NCBI GenBank assembly: GCA_051362555.1
Contig: CM120647.1
Span: 8,618,001 to 8,682,000 of the forward strand
Length of the DNA: 64,000 nucleotides
Direction: 5' to 3'
Source: Lingula anatina
Lineage: Eukaryota; Animalia; Brachiopoda
Positions 23,430-39,000 of the stretch are shown piece after piece. The position numbers were made by a program, and so were the translations under genes. Within the stretch, counting starts at the first letter, position 1, and the number at the start of each line of letters is the position of its first letter. The notes below the pieces were generated by a model. That model had not been told where the DNA came from. It saw nothing but the letters and a program-made list of their open reading frames with translations, and ran no database searches.

Positions 23430-24198
23430 GCTGCAGACAAACCTGCTGAAATAAATGTTAATCTGATCTGCAGACTTTATTAGAGATCATTCACAACAGA
23501 GTTGATCTGCACGGATCTGTTAGGGATGTGAAAATAGACAAAAAAGGGAATGAAACCACTTAGAATTAACCAGTGCCAGAAACGTGTGGGGGGGGGGGGG
23601 GATTGAATTGAATTGAAATTGCAATGAGATCAAGGTATTGTATGGTCAGAAATGACTAGGTTGCACAGTGACATTCATTGTGTGTTTACATTCATTATAA
23701 ATCGTCTCTTCTTACTCTGAATTGTCCATTGAAGCCCAACTCACTGCAGTTCGTAAATGTCTTCTCTGTTAGGGTGTTTTTTTATGTTATTTGATTTTAT
23801 ATATTTATGATTATTATTATTTATCTATTTATTTTTTTTTTTTTTTGGGGGGGGGGGGAGACATCAAACAGAAGCATGGACTTATTTTCAATGTGAATGC
23901 TCCTTAATGACGGTCATATTTAAATATGACAAGTACAAATTGCATTAAGAATAGTCTCTCCAGGTGAAGTTGGCCTTTGGTTTCTCGTTGATTGTTAAAA
24001 TGAACATCTGTGCTCTTGGTGTCTTTGTGTTAAGACCTTGGGAGACGACAGAAGGCCTTGGAAAGGGAAAGAAAAAGTAATTATTGTGTGAAGTGAAATA
24101 TGAGATTAACATAACACTTTAATAGTAATTGGGTATTTCATCAGGTAGAGGGTTGTGAAATGGGGCGTAGTTAGTTTTGAGGTCATCATTTTATTTTT

Positions 24199-24249
<51 letters not shown>

Positions 24250-24253
24250 AAAT

Positions 24254-24341
<88 letters not shown>

Positions 24342-25991
24342 AAATCAGGTGGAGAATATGACATCAATACGAAGACCGCTTGGTAAGCTCATTAGTCTAA
24401 TCAGGCTGCTTCCCATGGTGAGGCGATAGAAAATACTCACTTCAGAATGTTAATCAAATTGCTGATGGTGTGTTTGTCATTAGTGGGTATCTTGATTTCC
24501 ATTATGATTTTATATGTATGGACTCTTTTTTTGTTGTTTAAAGGGGAAACAGACCATGCACAGTTGCCATGGAAGCTTTATTGGAAATGATTACACCACT
24601 GAAGTCAGTTATAAGGAACATTAATGGATATTGACATTTTTAGATATAATCTTAAATGCAGGGCTACATGCTCGATTTTTTTTTTTTTTATATTGAGGTC
24701 GAGAATTGTCTCTTTGCACTTAATAATGCCATGTGATTTATAGAAACAACAAATATTTATGTGGAGTTGTTTTCTGGAGTGTCTACGAGGTTAAATTGAC
24801 ATAACTAGGCCCATACTTCTGATTGTGCTGTGGTATGACTAATCCAATCTGCTTGCAATGCATTGATAATCCAATACTGGGAAACAAAGAGCATGTGGGG
24901 AAATGGTTGTCATGGAAACACAGGTCAAGGGAGCCAATGGGATTGCCCCAGAGGCGGAGTCTTGTGCCCTTGATTGACAGCTTGGAGGATTTATTATGTT
25001 GATAAGTGTGAAAGTAGCTAATGACTTGTGTCCTGTGAAATTAACCCTGCCTCAGTTTGGGGTTAGAGGATTTTTTTCTCTCCTCAATTTATTTATGGAT
25101 GCGAACTTCGTACATACACTAAGGAGGCTCGTCAGCTGAGAGGGCAATTTTGACAACGACGAAATGTAACTGCTCTGCAACATTCTAGTGGCATAGATCA
25201 AGCTTGGCGGATTTTATTATTATTATTTTTTGAGGAATATTTTTTTATAAAACAAAAGGCAGCATTGCGAGAGGAATGTATGATAATGTGCAACGTAAGC
25301 ATTTATTTGTGCATGTGCATGGTTGTTTTTAATTTCCTGCAGTCTAGATTCTCTTTCTATGGGGAATAGATGATATGTTCTGGTTATTTATGGAGTTTAC
25401 ATGTGACATGAGATGTGTGTGCGTGCGTGTGTGTGTGTGTGGCAGAGAAAGAGAGAATGAGTGAGTGAGAGAATCTTGTTACGACCACTAGCTATGTAAT
25501 TCGCATACATACCAGACAGCACAAATTATATGAGCCAGATGGAAGAAAATAGCTGCCGCTGATGCTAGTAAGTTATTGTACATATTGATTGTAGGATACA
25601 TGTAAAGGCAAGGACAATTAGGGCCCCGACCTGCAGTGCGTCTTCCATGCCGGGCAGTGATGACAATGTAGGACACGTTTTTGTATGGTGTCTTTGTGGA
25701 AATTTTTTTTAGTTTTTGGGGTTTGTGGTTATAATTGTATGGGGTTGATTGCGTAGTCCATGTGTTAACTTATGGGATTGCTTTCTGTGGTGGTGGTGTA
25801 CGTTATGATGCTAATGGATTGTGTAGATGTTTTTTATGTGAATTGGGGCATGCAGTTATGTTGTTGTTGTTATGGTTGTTTTATTTATGTATTCATCAAT
25901 TAGTTTATTTATTCTCTAGTATATATATTATATATTCATGTGGTTTAGTATGTAAACAATAAGATGGTGTATTTTGTATTTTTATTACACA

Positions 25992-26036
<45 letters not shown>

Positions 26037-29000
26037 CTATGACTCATATAAATATGCACATCTGGTTTCTTTTCCAATGTATTTTGAACAGCTGTAGCAG
26101 AAAAAAAAGAAGTAGAAAGCAGGAAATTAACCAAAAGTGATAGATTTTAATGAGATATGAGTGTAATTTAATAAGCCTTTTTTGTGTCCATTAAGGTGAG
26201 TTTTATTGAGCAAAAGGTTATTTAAAATGATCTTTTGATAATTTTAAAGGCCTTACTATTGCAAAGAAGTGAAAAAAAAAAAAACAAACCCTGATTTTTT
26301 AGCATTTTATCAGTAAGGTATATACCCTATCCAGAACACTAAGAAAATTATGGTTCGTAAATTTTCTAAATTTTTTATACCATATTTATTCTCATGCAAA
26401 TATTACATTACAAAAGATAAAGACTTTAATATATATTTTTTTCATAATATCAGGTAGGAAGTATCTAGAAAACCATACATATAATTCCTATGAATTTTGG
26501 TCTTTTAAAGGCACTGATTGTTTCATATTCAACGAGCGAGAGAGACAATAGGAATGCATGGTCATCATATTATTGGATTTTAACAGCTACTGTATAACGC
26601 ACAGAAGGCCGTCTTTGTCCTGCTTGTTTGCATTCACATTTACATTAGACAGATCAATGGAAGCTATATTGATTAGATTTAGGGAAGAAGTTGCTTTGTC
26701 TATCTGAAGGGGTTTCCATGTATTGGTTTTTGTTCAGCAGTGCAGGTTGGATGAAATTTCAGTTTTCTTACTTTTTATTTTTGTTATTCATTTTGTTCAC
26801 CAGGATGCAAATGTGAATGTATTTCACCATTTATTTATTTATTTTTTTTTCACGAGAAAAAAAAGGCAAGTTTGACTGTATTGACATATTTGTACCCTTG
26901 TATGATTTTTTGTAATTTATTATTATCATTTTTTAAAAATTTTATTTAGTTTGTTATGAAGCTGAGTAGCTATATCTATATATGTCAGTGGGAGAAACCC
27001 TAAATCATATCTTGTATCAGATAATTTATTATTATTTCAATTTTGTTTTTAAATTTATTGAGTTGATTAGTTATTTATTTCTTGAAGTGGAGCAGTAGCT
27101 CCTGCTTTTTGGGAGAAGCCCTAAATCGTGTTATATCAGATAATTCATTTTTACCTTTTTTTTTTATTTAGCTAGTTAATTATTTAGTTCTTGAAACCGA
27201 GTTATTTCTCCTGTTTTGGGAGAAGCCCTAAACCACATGTTAAATCAGATTCAGTGGTACTCATTGAAAAAATCTCATGGGGTTCAGTATTAATTTATAT
27301 GACAACTCAGAGGGAGAAGACTCAGTGAACTGAGATTGATTTTTTTTTTCTTTCTCTGTCCTGGGTTAAGGTTTTAAGACTTTAGGAAGAGATTGATCTT
27401 GCTTTGATGCCAGTTCTTGTGCTAATGGGTTTAGGACTTGAGGAAGAGATTGATTTTGTGATTCATGTCCTAGTTTAGGGTTTAAGGACCTTAAAAAAAT
27501 CATTTCTGGGAAGTGACGGTTTTATTCAATCCCACTTGTCAGTCTTTGATCCTAAATCTCAATTTCATACAAATTGTAGTACAGTTCACAGGCTTGAATG
27601 AAGAGATTGTCAACTGTGAGAGTTTTGTTATAGGCCAATTGAGAGAAGATTATTATCATTATTCTGTTCAGATAGCATATTATTTTTGGAGTGAAGGAGC
27701 ACGTGGAAAAATAATATGCAATGATAGGGTGAACTTTGTTTATGCATGAGCAAACCTAAGAAAACAATTAATCGTAGAAGTACAGCTTAGGTTAAACACT
27801 GCCATTTATATGGAAAGGTGCATCAACACTTTTTATGTACAGACACAGATGTGTCTGTACATATTGCCATCACCTGCGTCTGTCGTCGCCGATGGCGATG
27901 CCGTCGCCGTGCACTTTCCTTGTAAACACGATAAGTGGAAGGCAGTTTTACTTTTTTTATGTACAGACACAGATGTGTCTGTACATATTGCCATCACCTG
28001 CGTCTGTCGTCGCCGATGGCGATGCCGTCGCCGTGCACTTTCCTTGTAAACACGATAAGTGGAAGGCAGTTTTACTTTTTGGCTTTATATTTACAGAGCT
28101 GATGAATATTCATAAAACGCAGGTCAAGTTCGAAAATCAGCATGATCGGGCCATTATTTTAGTAGTTATGCGGTTTTTTCATTGTTCAGCATATATACAA
28201 CACTGTAAACACAATATAAGAAAAACAGAAAGCCCAATTGTCATTAAACTCACAGGAATGGTCAGTCTTACTAAAACGCAGGTTGAGTTCGAAAATCAGC
28301 ATAACCGGGGCATTATTTTAGAAGTTATGCTGTTTTTTCACATTTCCTCAGATTTCCTCAGATTTAATTCTTAGGCATGTTAATAGCCTTATTATTTAAG
28401 TAATAAGATACGTAAAAGTGTTTGTTTGACATTTCCTGCATCTTTACAACATTGTTAGTTGATTTTGTAAAAATGATGGTAAACTTGTTATCGTGTATTG
28501 TGTAATAAAGTGTCAAAAATGGAAATAAACTCATATCATTGCAGTTTGTCAGATTCAATCATTCACTATGTTCAGAATCTCAGAATGGAAGAAATTGGAC
28601 ATTTAACACTGTTCTATTGATATTTTTCACATCTCATCAATTTTCTTAGTTGATCTTATAAAAATGGCAGTAACCTATTAATTTTGTTTTATGTTAAAAA
28701 AGTGTTAAAAATGGAAATAAACCCATTTCAGAACAGTGCAGTCTTGTTTACATTTTGGCAATTTTAAGGCGTGACTTTGAAGTTCCATGGGCCTAAAAAC
28801 CTTTGTTAGTCACGTTTACTATTTGTCCATGATACTAATATTTTATTATTAAAAATTGATGATCATTATGCTGTTAAACATTATGTAATATTGCATCAAA
28901 ATTTGAAAAAAACCTATTTTGGGCACTGCTCCCATGATGACCATTTAAGAAAAACCATGTCACTTACTGTTCTCAAACAGTACAGTTAATATGTACAGAT

Positions 29001-30827
29001 GTGTCTGTACATATTGCCATCACCTGCGTCTGTCGTCGCCGTCGTTGCCGTCACTGTCGCTGTCGCCCGCGCCATGCACTTTCATTGTTAACACGATAAG
29101 TGGAAGGCAGTTTTACTTTTTGGCTGTATATTTACAGAGCTGATGAATATTCATAAAACACAGGTCAAGTTCGAAAAATCAGCATGATCGGGCCATTAAT
29201 GTAGAAGTTATGCTGTTTTTTCACTTTTCAGCATATATGCAACACTGTAAACACATTTCAAGGAAAACCGATAAGCTTTTTGTCATGAAACTCACAGGCG
29301 TAATCGATCTTACTATAACGCAGGTCAAGTTCGAAAATCGGCATGATCGGGCCACTATTTTAGTAGTTATGCTTTTTTTTTTCACTTTTCAGCATATATG
29401 CAACACTGTAAACACAATATAAGAAAAACAGATAGGCCAATTGTCATTAAACTGACAGGAGTGGTCATTCCTGCTAAGACGCAGGTTGAGTTCAAAAATC
29501 AGCATAATCGGGCCATTATTTTAAAGAAATGCAGTTTTTTCACATTTCCTCAGATTTAATTCTTAGGCATGTAAACAGTCTCATTATTAAACTAATAAGA
29601 TACGTAAAAGTTTTTGTTTGGCATTTCCTGCAATTTTACAACATTGTTAGTTGATTATGTAAAAATGATGGTAAACTTGTTATCGTGTATTGTGTAATAA
29701 AGTTTCAAAAATGGAAATAAACTCATATCATTGCAGTTTGTCAGATTCAATCATTCACTATGTTCAGAATCTCAGAATGGAAGAAATTGGACATTTAACA
29801 CTGCTCTATTGATATTTTTCCCATCTCATCAATTTTCTTAGTTGATCATATAAAAATGGCAGTAAACTGTTAATTTTGTTTTATGTTAAAAATTGTTAAA
29901 AATGGAAAAAAAATATTTCAGAACTGTGCTGTCTTGTTTACATTTTGGCATTTTCAAGTTGTGACTTTGAAGTTCCATGAGCCTGAAGACCTTTGCTAGT
30001 CACATTTTCTGAATATCCATAATACTAATATTTTATTATTAAAGTTGATGGTCATTATGCTGTTAAACATTATGTAATATTGCATCAAAATTTGAAAAAA
30101 AAACTATTTTGGGCACTGCTCCCATGATGACCATTTAAGAAAAACCATGTCACTTACTGTTCTCAAACTTACAGGAAAGAAACATGGGACTAAAATATAG
30201 CTTCAGTAGGCAATGCAATCTGCCAGTTAAACAGTTTTTTTGTGAAATTTTAATTTTTCACATATTGGCATTTTCAAGGTGTGACTTTGAAGTTCCACAG
30301 GCTTGAAGACCAATGCTTGTCACATTTTCTGAAAATCCATGATACGTATATTTTATTATTAAAAATTGATTGTCATTATGCTGGTAACCATTATGTAATA
30401 TTACATCAGAATAGAAGAAAACACAATTTTGGGTGCTGCTGCCATGATGACCATTATGGGAAAACCATGTTACTTATGATTGCCAAACTTTCAAAAAAGA
30501 AATACAGGACTAAAATGCAGCCTGAGTTGGAAAAGCAGTCTAATTGACTTCTTTTTCTGGAAGTTTTACATTTTCAAAGGGTGAACTTGAACTCCCATGG
30601 GCCTGAAGCCTTATGTTTGTTACACATTTTACTTACATGGGTATTACCTGTTGAGCATAATTTTGCATCAGAATTGACAGTAGCCTATTTTGTTATTTCC
30701 TGCTTTTTGTCTGTACATTTGACAGCTTTGCTGCCTTGTTTCACTGTGTTTTGGATCATTCATTATCAGTGAACTTCAAAATGGTTCATATTTATAGTGG
30801 AATGCTTGCTTGTATAGAGGAATTAAA

Positions 30828-30878
<51 letters not shown>

Positions 30879-32721
30879 ACACATTAATTACTGCAAATGC
30901 TTTGATTTCTGTTTATCTTTTAAAGCAAACTTAGTGATCATTTCAACCCCACCCAGTGTTCTAAGTAAGCTATAGATGGCTCCACTGCTGTTCAACTCAG
31001 GTTCCAGGTGATTGCAGTTCCTATGGTGACCATTGCTATGGTAGCAGTTGCTATGGCAGCAGTTGCTATGGTGCCACCCTTTGCTGGCAGGTGGTCTTGT
31101 GTTTATGTAGTTAAGCCTGTTCCTGGCCCTCAATCACTCCCAGAACCTCTTGAGCTGTAGGAGCAGTTCCAATTCAGAGTCTGGTGCTGTCAGTATTTCA
31201 GGCCCCTGTTTAAACAAAGAGCTTGGAACTGGGAAAGTTGGTCTGAATTTATTATAGACTGATATTTTTGTTGAAAAGATGACTATATTTGTTTTTATCA
31301 AACTGGCTGTTACTTTCACTTTGCCAACTGGTCCAATGAAATGTAATATTTTGTCCTTTTTTTAACAGGAAAAAGATGTTTAATATCTTTGAAGTTAATT
31401 AGTTTTTTCTTTGTTAAAATTGACTATTTTAATTCATTTATTTGTACTTATTTTTATTTTAGATGATTTATTTCCTTCTCAAAATAGCCATTCCTTCCTG
31501 TTCCACCAACTGTTCAATAACCCTAACGAGTTTCAGCCAATATTTCATCATATTACGCCATTTCTTGTCAACTGCTTTACATTGGCTTTCCCCGTAGAAC
31601 AGGAAGTTGCATTCAAATTATAGCTGGTGGTAAAGGTAATGAAGAACATGCCTCGCTCTAATTAATCCCAAGTGTATGGTGGTTGTTCAGTGTAGTAGAA
31701 GGGATAGTAGATGGTGGCCATGGATGTTGTCAAAAGGCTGCCTGTTTATATGAATTGAATGGCATTTGGCCAGAACATCAGAAAATCGAAAATATTACCA
31801 AAAAATTTGTAGAGTACCAAAGTAGAGTACCAGAGATACAAGTAATCCTGAGTTACTGCAGAAATATGCTGAAATTAAAAATCAAAAACAATTTGATATC
31901 TTTTCATGCTAAGAAGATGTGACTGAACAGTGGCATGTAGTATGAAGCTTTGCATTTACAATTTAGAATACTTGGATTTTGTGGATATTTATATTTCTCT
32001 TTTCAGTCTGATTCATTCCTGAGCTACAAATTTTATTTTTTCTCAAATAAAAAGGAAAGACATTTTAATTGCTTATAGTACATTTTCCTGTAACCTTTTT
32101 TTCCTGAGATTATTGGCAGATAAGATAAGCCAACAATATAAAAAGGTACTGGATGGAACAGCCTGTATGTAGGAAATATAGCGAAGCCAAAACACATTTA
32201 ACCAGACAGGTTAGAGCTCTACTTACTGAAATCTACTCCCACGTTTGAGTCTACTGTCACAATGGATATGCCAACGCTAGTCCTACTTATTATTATTGAT
32301 GAATGTCTTTTGGGTATATCCTGACATTTCGTTATTGTATTTATGCCCCCCCCCAACCTCTGCCCTCAGATCCACTTTATAAAGCTGTGTTTTGTGGCCT
32401 CCATTTTCAGAATTTTTTAAAAGGTCCATCTTCATCCCTGTATTATGTATATTCTATGACCGTCTACCATGTGTAATAAGGTATATAATTGGCCTTTTCA
32501 GGAGTCACCCTGGTGAGGTAGATAGAGATAATATAGGGAGATGAAGATTAACATTGCTCCTACTTATGAGGGGTTTATCTCAGTGTATTTATACATATTT
32601 GTGCACCTGCACTTACTTTGTGCTTTGCAAAGTCATCTGTCTAATTGGTCAAGGCCAATGTAAACTATTTGGTAGTGCCAAGTAAAGATTAAATCTCTTT
32701 CTCACATGCACGCACACTCTC

Positions 32722-32765
<44 letters not shown>

Positions 32766-32768
32766 GCA

Positions 32769-32833
<65 letters not shown>

Positions 32834-32870
32834 GCACTCTCTCTCTCTTTCTCACACACACACACACGCA

Positions 32871-32901
<31 letters not shown>

Positions 32902-32910
32902 GCGCACGCG

Positions 32911-32961
<51 letters not shown>

Positions 32962-32998
32962 GCACTCTCTCTCTCTTTCTCACACACACACACACGCA

Positions 32999-33035
<37 letters not shown>

Positions 33036-33044
33036 GCGCACTCC

Positions 33045-33080
<36 letters not shown>

Positions 33081-36000
33081 TGCCCTTCTTCCTGAGTTAA
33101 TTCTTTCCACACAGCTGTTGGTGTATATCAAGACATTTCTATTACCCTGACCAATTTATTACAGTTTACACCCTGTGTTTAGGAGCTGAATTTTGGGTGA
33201 TTTTTGGCAATGATGATTCATAATGTTACCATGACCAATTAGTCCCTTTCGGTTACCATGACCAATTTATCATACAAATTCTGTCTTTGGCAACCGAATT
33301 TTGGTCTGATTTTTGCATTGAGCATTCAAAACATGCCATTTTTGTATCAATTACACTTTTCTTTTGGCAGCTGGAATTTGCTGTTTTGACCATGATCATT
33401 AAAAGCATCTGGTTTTTGTAAGCTTTGACACACAGGGTGCCTTTGCTCCATTGCCATTTACTTGATACAACCTACACACACATGCAAAGCTGGAACTGTG
33501 TGTAACTTGATCTCTCCCAGCTATTTATATCTTTTTCAACCCCATAGCTTCAGCACAGCTCTGTTTTCTAGTTCAGGCCTGGCGTCATTTTTGTGGTGAA
33601 ATATGTAGAGAGTTCCTTCTGTTTTCTCGAAGGATAGAGAGAGAAGAGAAGGGGTTCTGTGTACTGGGAAAAATTACAGGAAGTTTCAGATTGTTCAGTG
33701 ACCTAGTCATATGCTTGATATATGTGAGTCAAGTGCCATGGATTTGTTGGTGTAGTACACCTGGATTCTACTCAGCTGATGTGCCATGCTGGGTTTAATA
33801 TAAAGAGAGAGCTGTCAAGAATAAGGGTTCTGTTTTCTATTTTTATGGTACAAGCAGTTTCAGATTCTCAACATCTAACTGTTGAATAACATTGTGCCTG
33901 GTAGTCTGAATAAGGCTGATGAGTCTACCTGGATGTACCTGTTAAAAGCATAGACTTGATTTCGGTGTTTTGGGGAAATAAGAGGGGAGGATAGGTTTAA
34001 TGGGTTACAGACAAGTCCAGATGTTTTCAGTTGGTCATGGACTTTCCATTAACTTCACCAGTTTGGGGCCAGGCACCATGGATTTGGCCACAAAGTCTAC
34101 CTGAGAGTAACTTCAGCAGGCTTTTCGTAAAGAAAGATCAAGACAGGCAGACATTATAATTAAAGGCTACAGGCAGTTCCAGATGAACACTGTTTGTTTT
34201 TGCACTGAACACAGGGGGCCTGGTACTGTGTATAAAGCATTGGGGTCTACCTGAGTTTATATAAACAGAGGAGGTGCATAGGTGGAAAGGCACATAGCTG
34301 CCTGCCTGGCATAGTTTGTGAGTGGAACAGGAGCCGTTTTATCACCTACATACATTGAGGCCCACATTGGCTGGGAGAGCATAGATAACACTGACAGATC
34401 TGCAGTGTTCCTGCTGAGCTGGAGGAGCCAATGAGGAGGGAAGATCCAGCCAGACGTCAGTCGGGGAGGTTCTGTAATTGGCAGCCGAGGATTGGGTGGC
34501 GGCTGGAGCGGTGAGATTGTAATGTCAGACGCGAAGAAGAACCTGGGAGAAGTCACCTCAGAGGCAAGCAATCTAGCGGACATCTTCTCCTTCTCTGTCT
34601 TCTTCTTCTGGGTCTTCTAAGTGCTGTATTTGTCTAACTAGTAGAAGTAGTCAGAGAGTAGGCCTTTACTACTGAAAGCTGCTGTTATAGTCTTGCTGCT
34701 CTGCTAACCCATATATAGGGTGGTTCATAGATTCTCACTCGATTGGTGCGTTACAACCTTGGTGTTGATCTGGCCCACAATGCCATTGGGTGCCACAGGG
34801 GGGTACGGAGCCTCCACCCTGGGGTCATCGTACAGCCGATTGCTCCTCGATCTGGAACCGTACCGACCATACTCTAGTGTGAGTGGCAGCCTCAGTACAG
34901 CCAACACAGGCCCAGGGGTTCCACCCAGTCTGCCGTATCAGCCCGTTAGTGCCATCACAGCAGCGACCTCGGGAGGGGGAAGTTCCACCAGCTCTGCCAT
35001 CGCGATCCCAAGTACGGGAACGCGCAGCGGCAACTACATCCCTCTCAGTTCAAGCGCTATAGGTGGCACTAGCGGTGCCTCTAGTTATCGTTCAAAGAGG
35101 GCTAACCGTCCTAGAATGGCGGCTTCAAATTCAGAGCCCCGGGTTGTTCGGCCAAAACAGTACGCTAAAAATTATACCACGGCTGTCCCTTCCACTAGAG
35201 TAGAGGAGAAAGAGAAGCGCAAGGTAAGCTTGCAGTGTTCTTCCTCTTTTCTGCTCGGAAGGACTCTGTATTGTGGTGTGAAACCAATATATGTAGTTTA
35301 CCAACATAACAGTCCTTGCCAAACAGATGAGTCAATTTTGAGGTTAAATCCATATCCCAATTTAAGCTAGGTTTTGACAACAAATATGAGATTCATTGCC
35401 TATTTTATACATTTAAGTTTTTGGGATGTTTTCCAGATTTTGTACACAAATTTTACTCATTTTTACGCTAATTCCATGCAGTTTCTCTTCAATTTTTTAG
35501 CCTGAATTCTATGCAGTTTCTACTTTTTCCACAGTTTTCAACAGGTTTGACAAATGACTCCTAATTTTACTCTGATGGCCTGTTGTTTATATTATACAAA
35601 ATAGATCTATTCATAGGGAGAACGATACTTCAAGCAACAGCAGATAATGCTGCTTTGTTCACTTAACATGCTTTCAAGCTTAAAACACAAAACTGGCACA
35701 TCTGCTTGGAAAGTATACTGTATGTGAAAAAAAAAAAAGATGGATAAGTAGTAGTAGGACATACGGTATGCCTGTCATACTGACCCAAGCAAGAAGCCTG
35801 ATATTTTGCTGTATTCTGATACCAACAATATAAAATGCCCTTTATATGAAAGATACAGCAATCTCTCCACAACTGTGGCTAAAGATAGCACTTAGCTGGA
35901 CATTGGTGCTGAAACCCAACTGCCCAGTAGGGGCCCAGAGGGTCAGTTTCTTTAAAATGTCTTAAGTCAGTTTTTGGAGCTGAAGTCTTAGCCAACTTAG

Positions 36001-39000
36001 CCATAGCCTACTAAGTCACATTTAAGAAATGATCTATAAGGTTGCTTACCTATTTTTTTTCGGTCTTTTAACTAAGTCCCTTGTGATTGCAAATTATGAT
36101 TGCAAATTTTGATTGTCTTTTGCTCTCACTGGTGAAAGTAGCCCATTTAAGAAAGTAATATACATTCATTGTGAGCTAACATTTTGAAAAACATCTTTTG
36201 ACTATCTGGTTTTAGCTTATTCCAAAGACTCTGAAACAGGCCCCAGATCCCGATTCATAACAGAATTTAAAACCATGGTTTTAATCTACTTTGACCTTCA
36301 ACAAATTGAAATCAGGTGTTTAATAAACAAAATTCTGTCCCTGTTTTTTTACAACAAGAAAGAAATGGCCACTGTTTTAGACAAATAGTCTGTTTCAATG
36401 GACTGCTGCAGATTTAGTCTGTGTTAAAGTAAACCAAACTTTTTGATTTAAAAGTTCAGACCAACTTTTGAGCCCAAGTTCTATTACTAGTACAAAAACT
36501 GGCCCCAAACCAGACATCATTTGGTCTTGGCTTTATGGAGAAATACGGCCTCTAAGATATAATGACCATAAAGATAGTACAACTAAAAACACTTTACTTG
36601 CCACTTATGATTTGCTTTTCCCTCAAACATAATGATAAAACATGGCAGCATCTGGGGAAATGATTATGTACGCTATTTTCGGTTTTATTAAGCTCACAAA
36701 AAAAGAAAGTAAGATTGATTGAAAACACGTCGACTGAAACTGTTTGTAACTCAAAATCTGTTAGATGAGATTTTAAAGCTATTTCATTAAGGCTAAATTG
36801 TGAGTTTAAATTGCTTTTCTTTATGAAGGTATGAAGTTGAGAATCAAAGTATCAGGCCTCTTGCCATTTACATTCACACACCACACCAAAAGTCAACATT
36901 TCATTAAAAAACACATTTTCCATCTATAAACAACATAAACCCAATAAGCAAAGGTGTATTTATGTTTTGGAACTGCCTGTAGCCTCCTTGTAGGTCATGA
37001 CCTTTAGGTACATGCAGTTTCTAGAAATGGAAGCCTTGTCTTAGATTTGAAGCCTAGGTAAGAGGTTGAATGAGAGATGATACTGACTGGGCTCATAAAG
37101 AGGCTAGAATACAGAGGGAAATTAGCATCTGAAACTCGATAAGATGGGGGCTGGCTGAGATTAAAAGGAGGCTAGGATATGGATAGGTATATGCATATGA
37201 AAAATGCAGTTAACAAGTGCACTTTTGGCTAAAATTGTTCATTGTAAATACAGTAGTAAATACAGCCCTTTACCAGAGTAGATACATTTTTTACCAGTTC
37301 ATGTAAAAATAGTTAAGACCTTTAAAGCTTGAGCCAACTTTGGTCTGTAGTCCTTTCTGAAACCAGTACCCACTGACTATATGCATAATGTACCCTGTAC
37401 TTCATGCTTTCACTGGGGATTTATAGATTCCTTGTTTTAATGCACTTTTACGATCTGGTTGAGTCATATGATGTATCACGGCCATTATCACAGGAGTATT
37501 AGTACTGTGGAATGGTGGGAATTGGAATAGGTGTTAAGCACTGTGTTTTGGTATAATCATTGAAAGGGATATTAAACAGAATGGAGGAGCTTAGCGTATG
37601 TGTTTTGTTTGTGTGTGTGAGAGAGAAAGAGAGAAGGGAAGAGAATAAGATTGAGATCTAAAGTAAGAATAAAAATAATCAGAGAACCATATAGGTGAAG
37701 AGAAGGGGATAAAAATGGAAGGGAAAAAATTAAAATATGGCCACACTGCTATACATGTTTCTCAAAACTAAATGATTATAATGCAATTATATTGATTTTG
37801 AGATATTTATACATAAAGAGATAATGCCTTTGCCATTTCAGTGCCCATCATTTAGGCATGCTTTCTGATATTATCCTTGAAAATCACCTCAATGCATATT
37901 GATATGGTAAAGTGTTAGGCTTGTGTGTAATTTATCATCATTAGCTTTAATATGGATGTTAGATAGTGACTAGCCATTGGGGAAAATTGATCACTAATTT
38001 GAGCATATAAATCCCATTTCCTTTTAGTGATTCATTTCAACTGCAGAAAAAATATGGTGGTCAATGGATTATGGATAGCCAACTTAGTGTATTCAAGGCA
38101 TTTGAAAGAATTTTTTCTGGAAAATTCAAGGATGTTATCTGAAAATGATAAATCTTGAAAAAGTATAATGCCAGAAAAACTGGGGCAATTGACCATTTAA
38201 AGTAGTGACTGTATAGTCAATAAAAAAGCAGATTACTGAAGCCTGTAGGACACAGCTGAACTTTCACTGAAATAAAGTGTGGTTTCTTTATCTATAGAGA
38301 GAAGTTAAACCATGGTTTAAAGACAGTCTGGATTTCTGAGGAAAGATCAGTCCATGCCTGGCGGCCATCTTTGCATGAAAATATGACCTCAAGATGAAGA
38401 AGAGTCAGAGCAAAGATCATTTCTGGATCGTTACTTTGATTTACTGTCTTGGGGTTCTAGGCAAAATGTAAATTTTGTCTTAATGATATTGATTGAGTTG
38501 TAAATGAGGTCTATATTGGAATGCATGTTAATTAAGTAGTATAGTAAGGGGTGAAAAAGATGCCGGGGGGGGGGGGGTGTCTTAGAAATTAGCTTTAGCC
38601 CAAATATTGGTCTTTACTTTAGACAAAAATGTTAGTTTTCTTTATCCCAGGATAAATCGGTCTTAATCCACTCATTTCAAATATTGTGTCTGTTTTACAA
38701 GAAAATTTATTTGCATTTGTTACAGACCAATACAACCAGTACTCACTTTATTTTTGTGGACTGCTATAGATTAATCTCAAACTGTAGGAAACTAAATTTT
38801 TGGAGTCTACAACTTATGACCAATTTTAGGGCTGGAATTATTTCATGAAACAAGCCTCAAGAATCCCATCAACTCTGAGGGCTCAAGCTTGGCTCCTGGT
38901 AATTTGCTCTCAGTAATCAGCAATCTTCTGTAATATTGTGATCTATGTGGTGCCAGCAGCTGTTCTCACTGTTCAAATTCCTGGAGTTGGTGCACCCTGT

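Noticed and set aside
27835-28374. 179-aa ORF with an internal repeat
   Set aside because: Lies in the duplicated head of a Helentron-type element; no Rep or helicase motifs
32649-33131. RE/SL/HT-repeat ORFs (also 19178-19597, 24155-24386, 39574-39885, 40116-40365, 3178-3594)
   Set aside because: Translations of microsatellites
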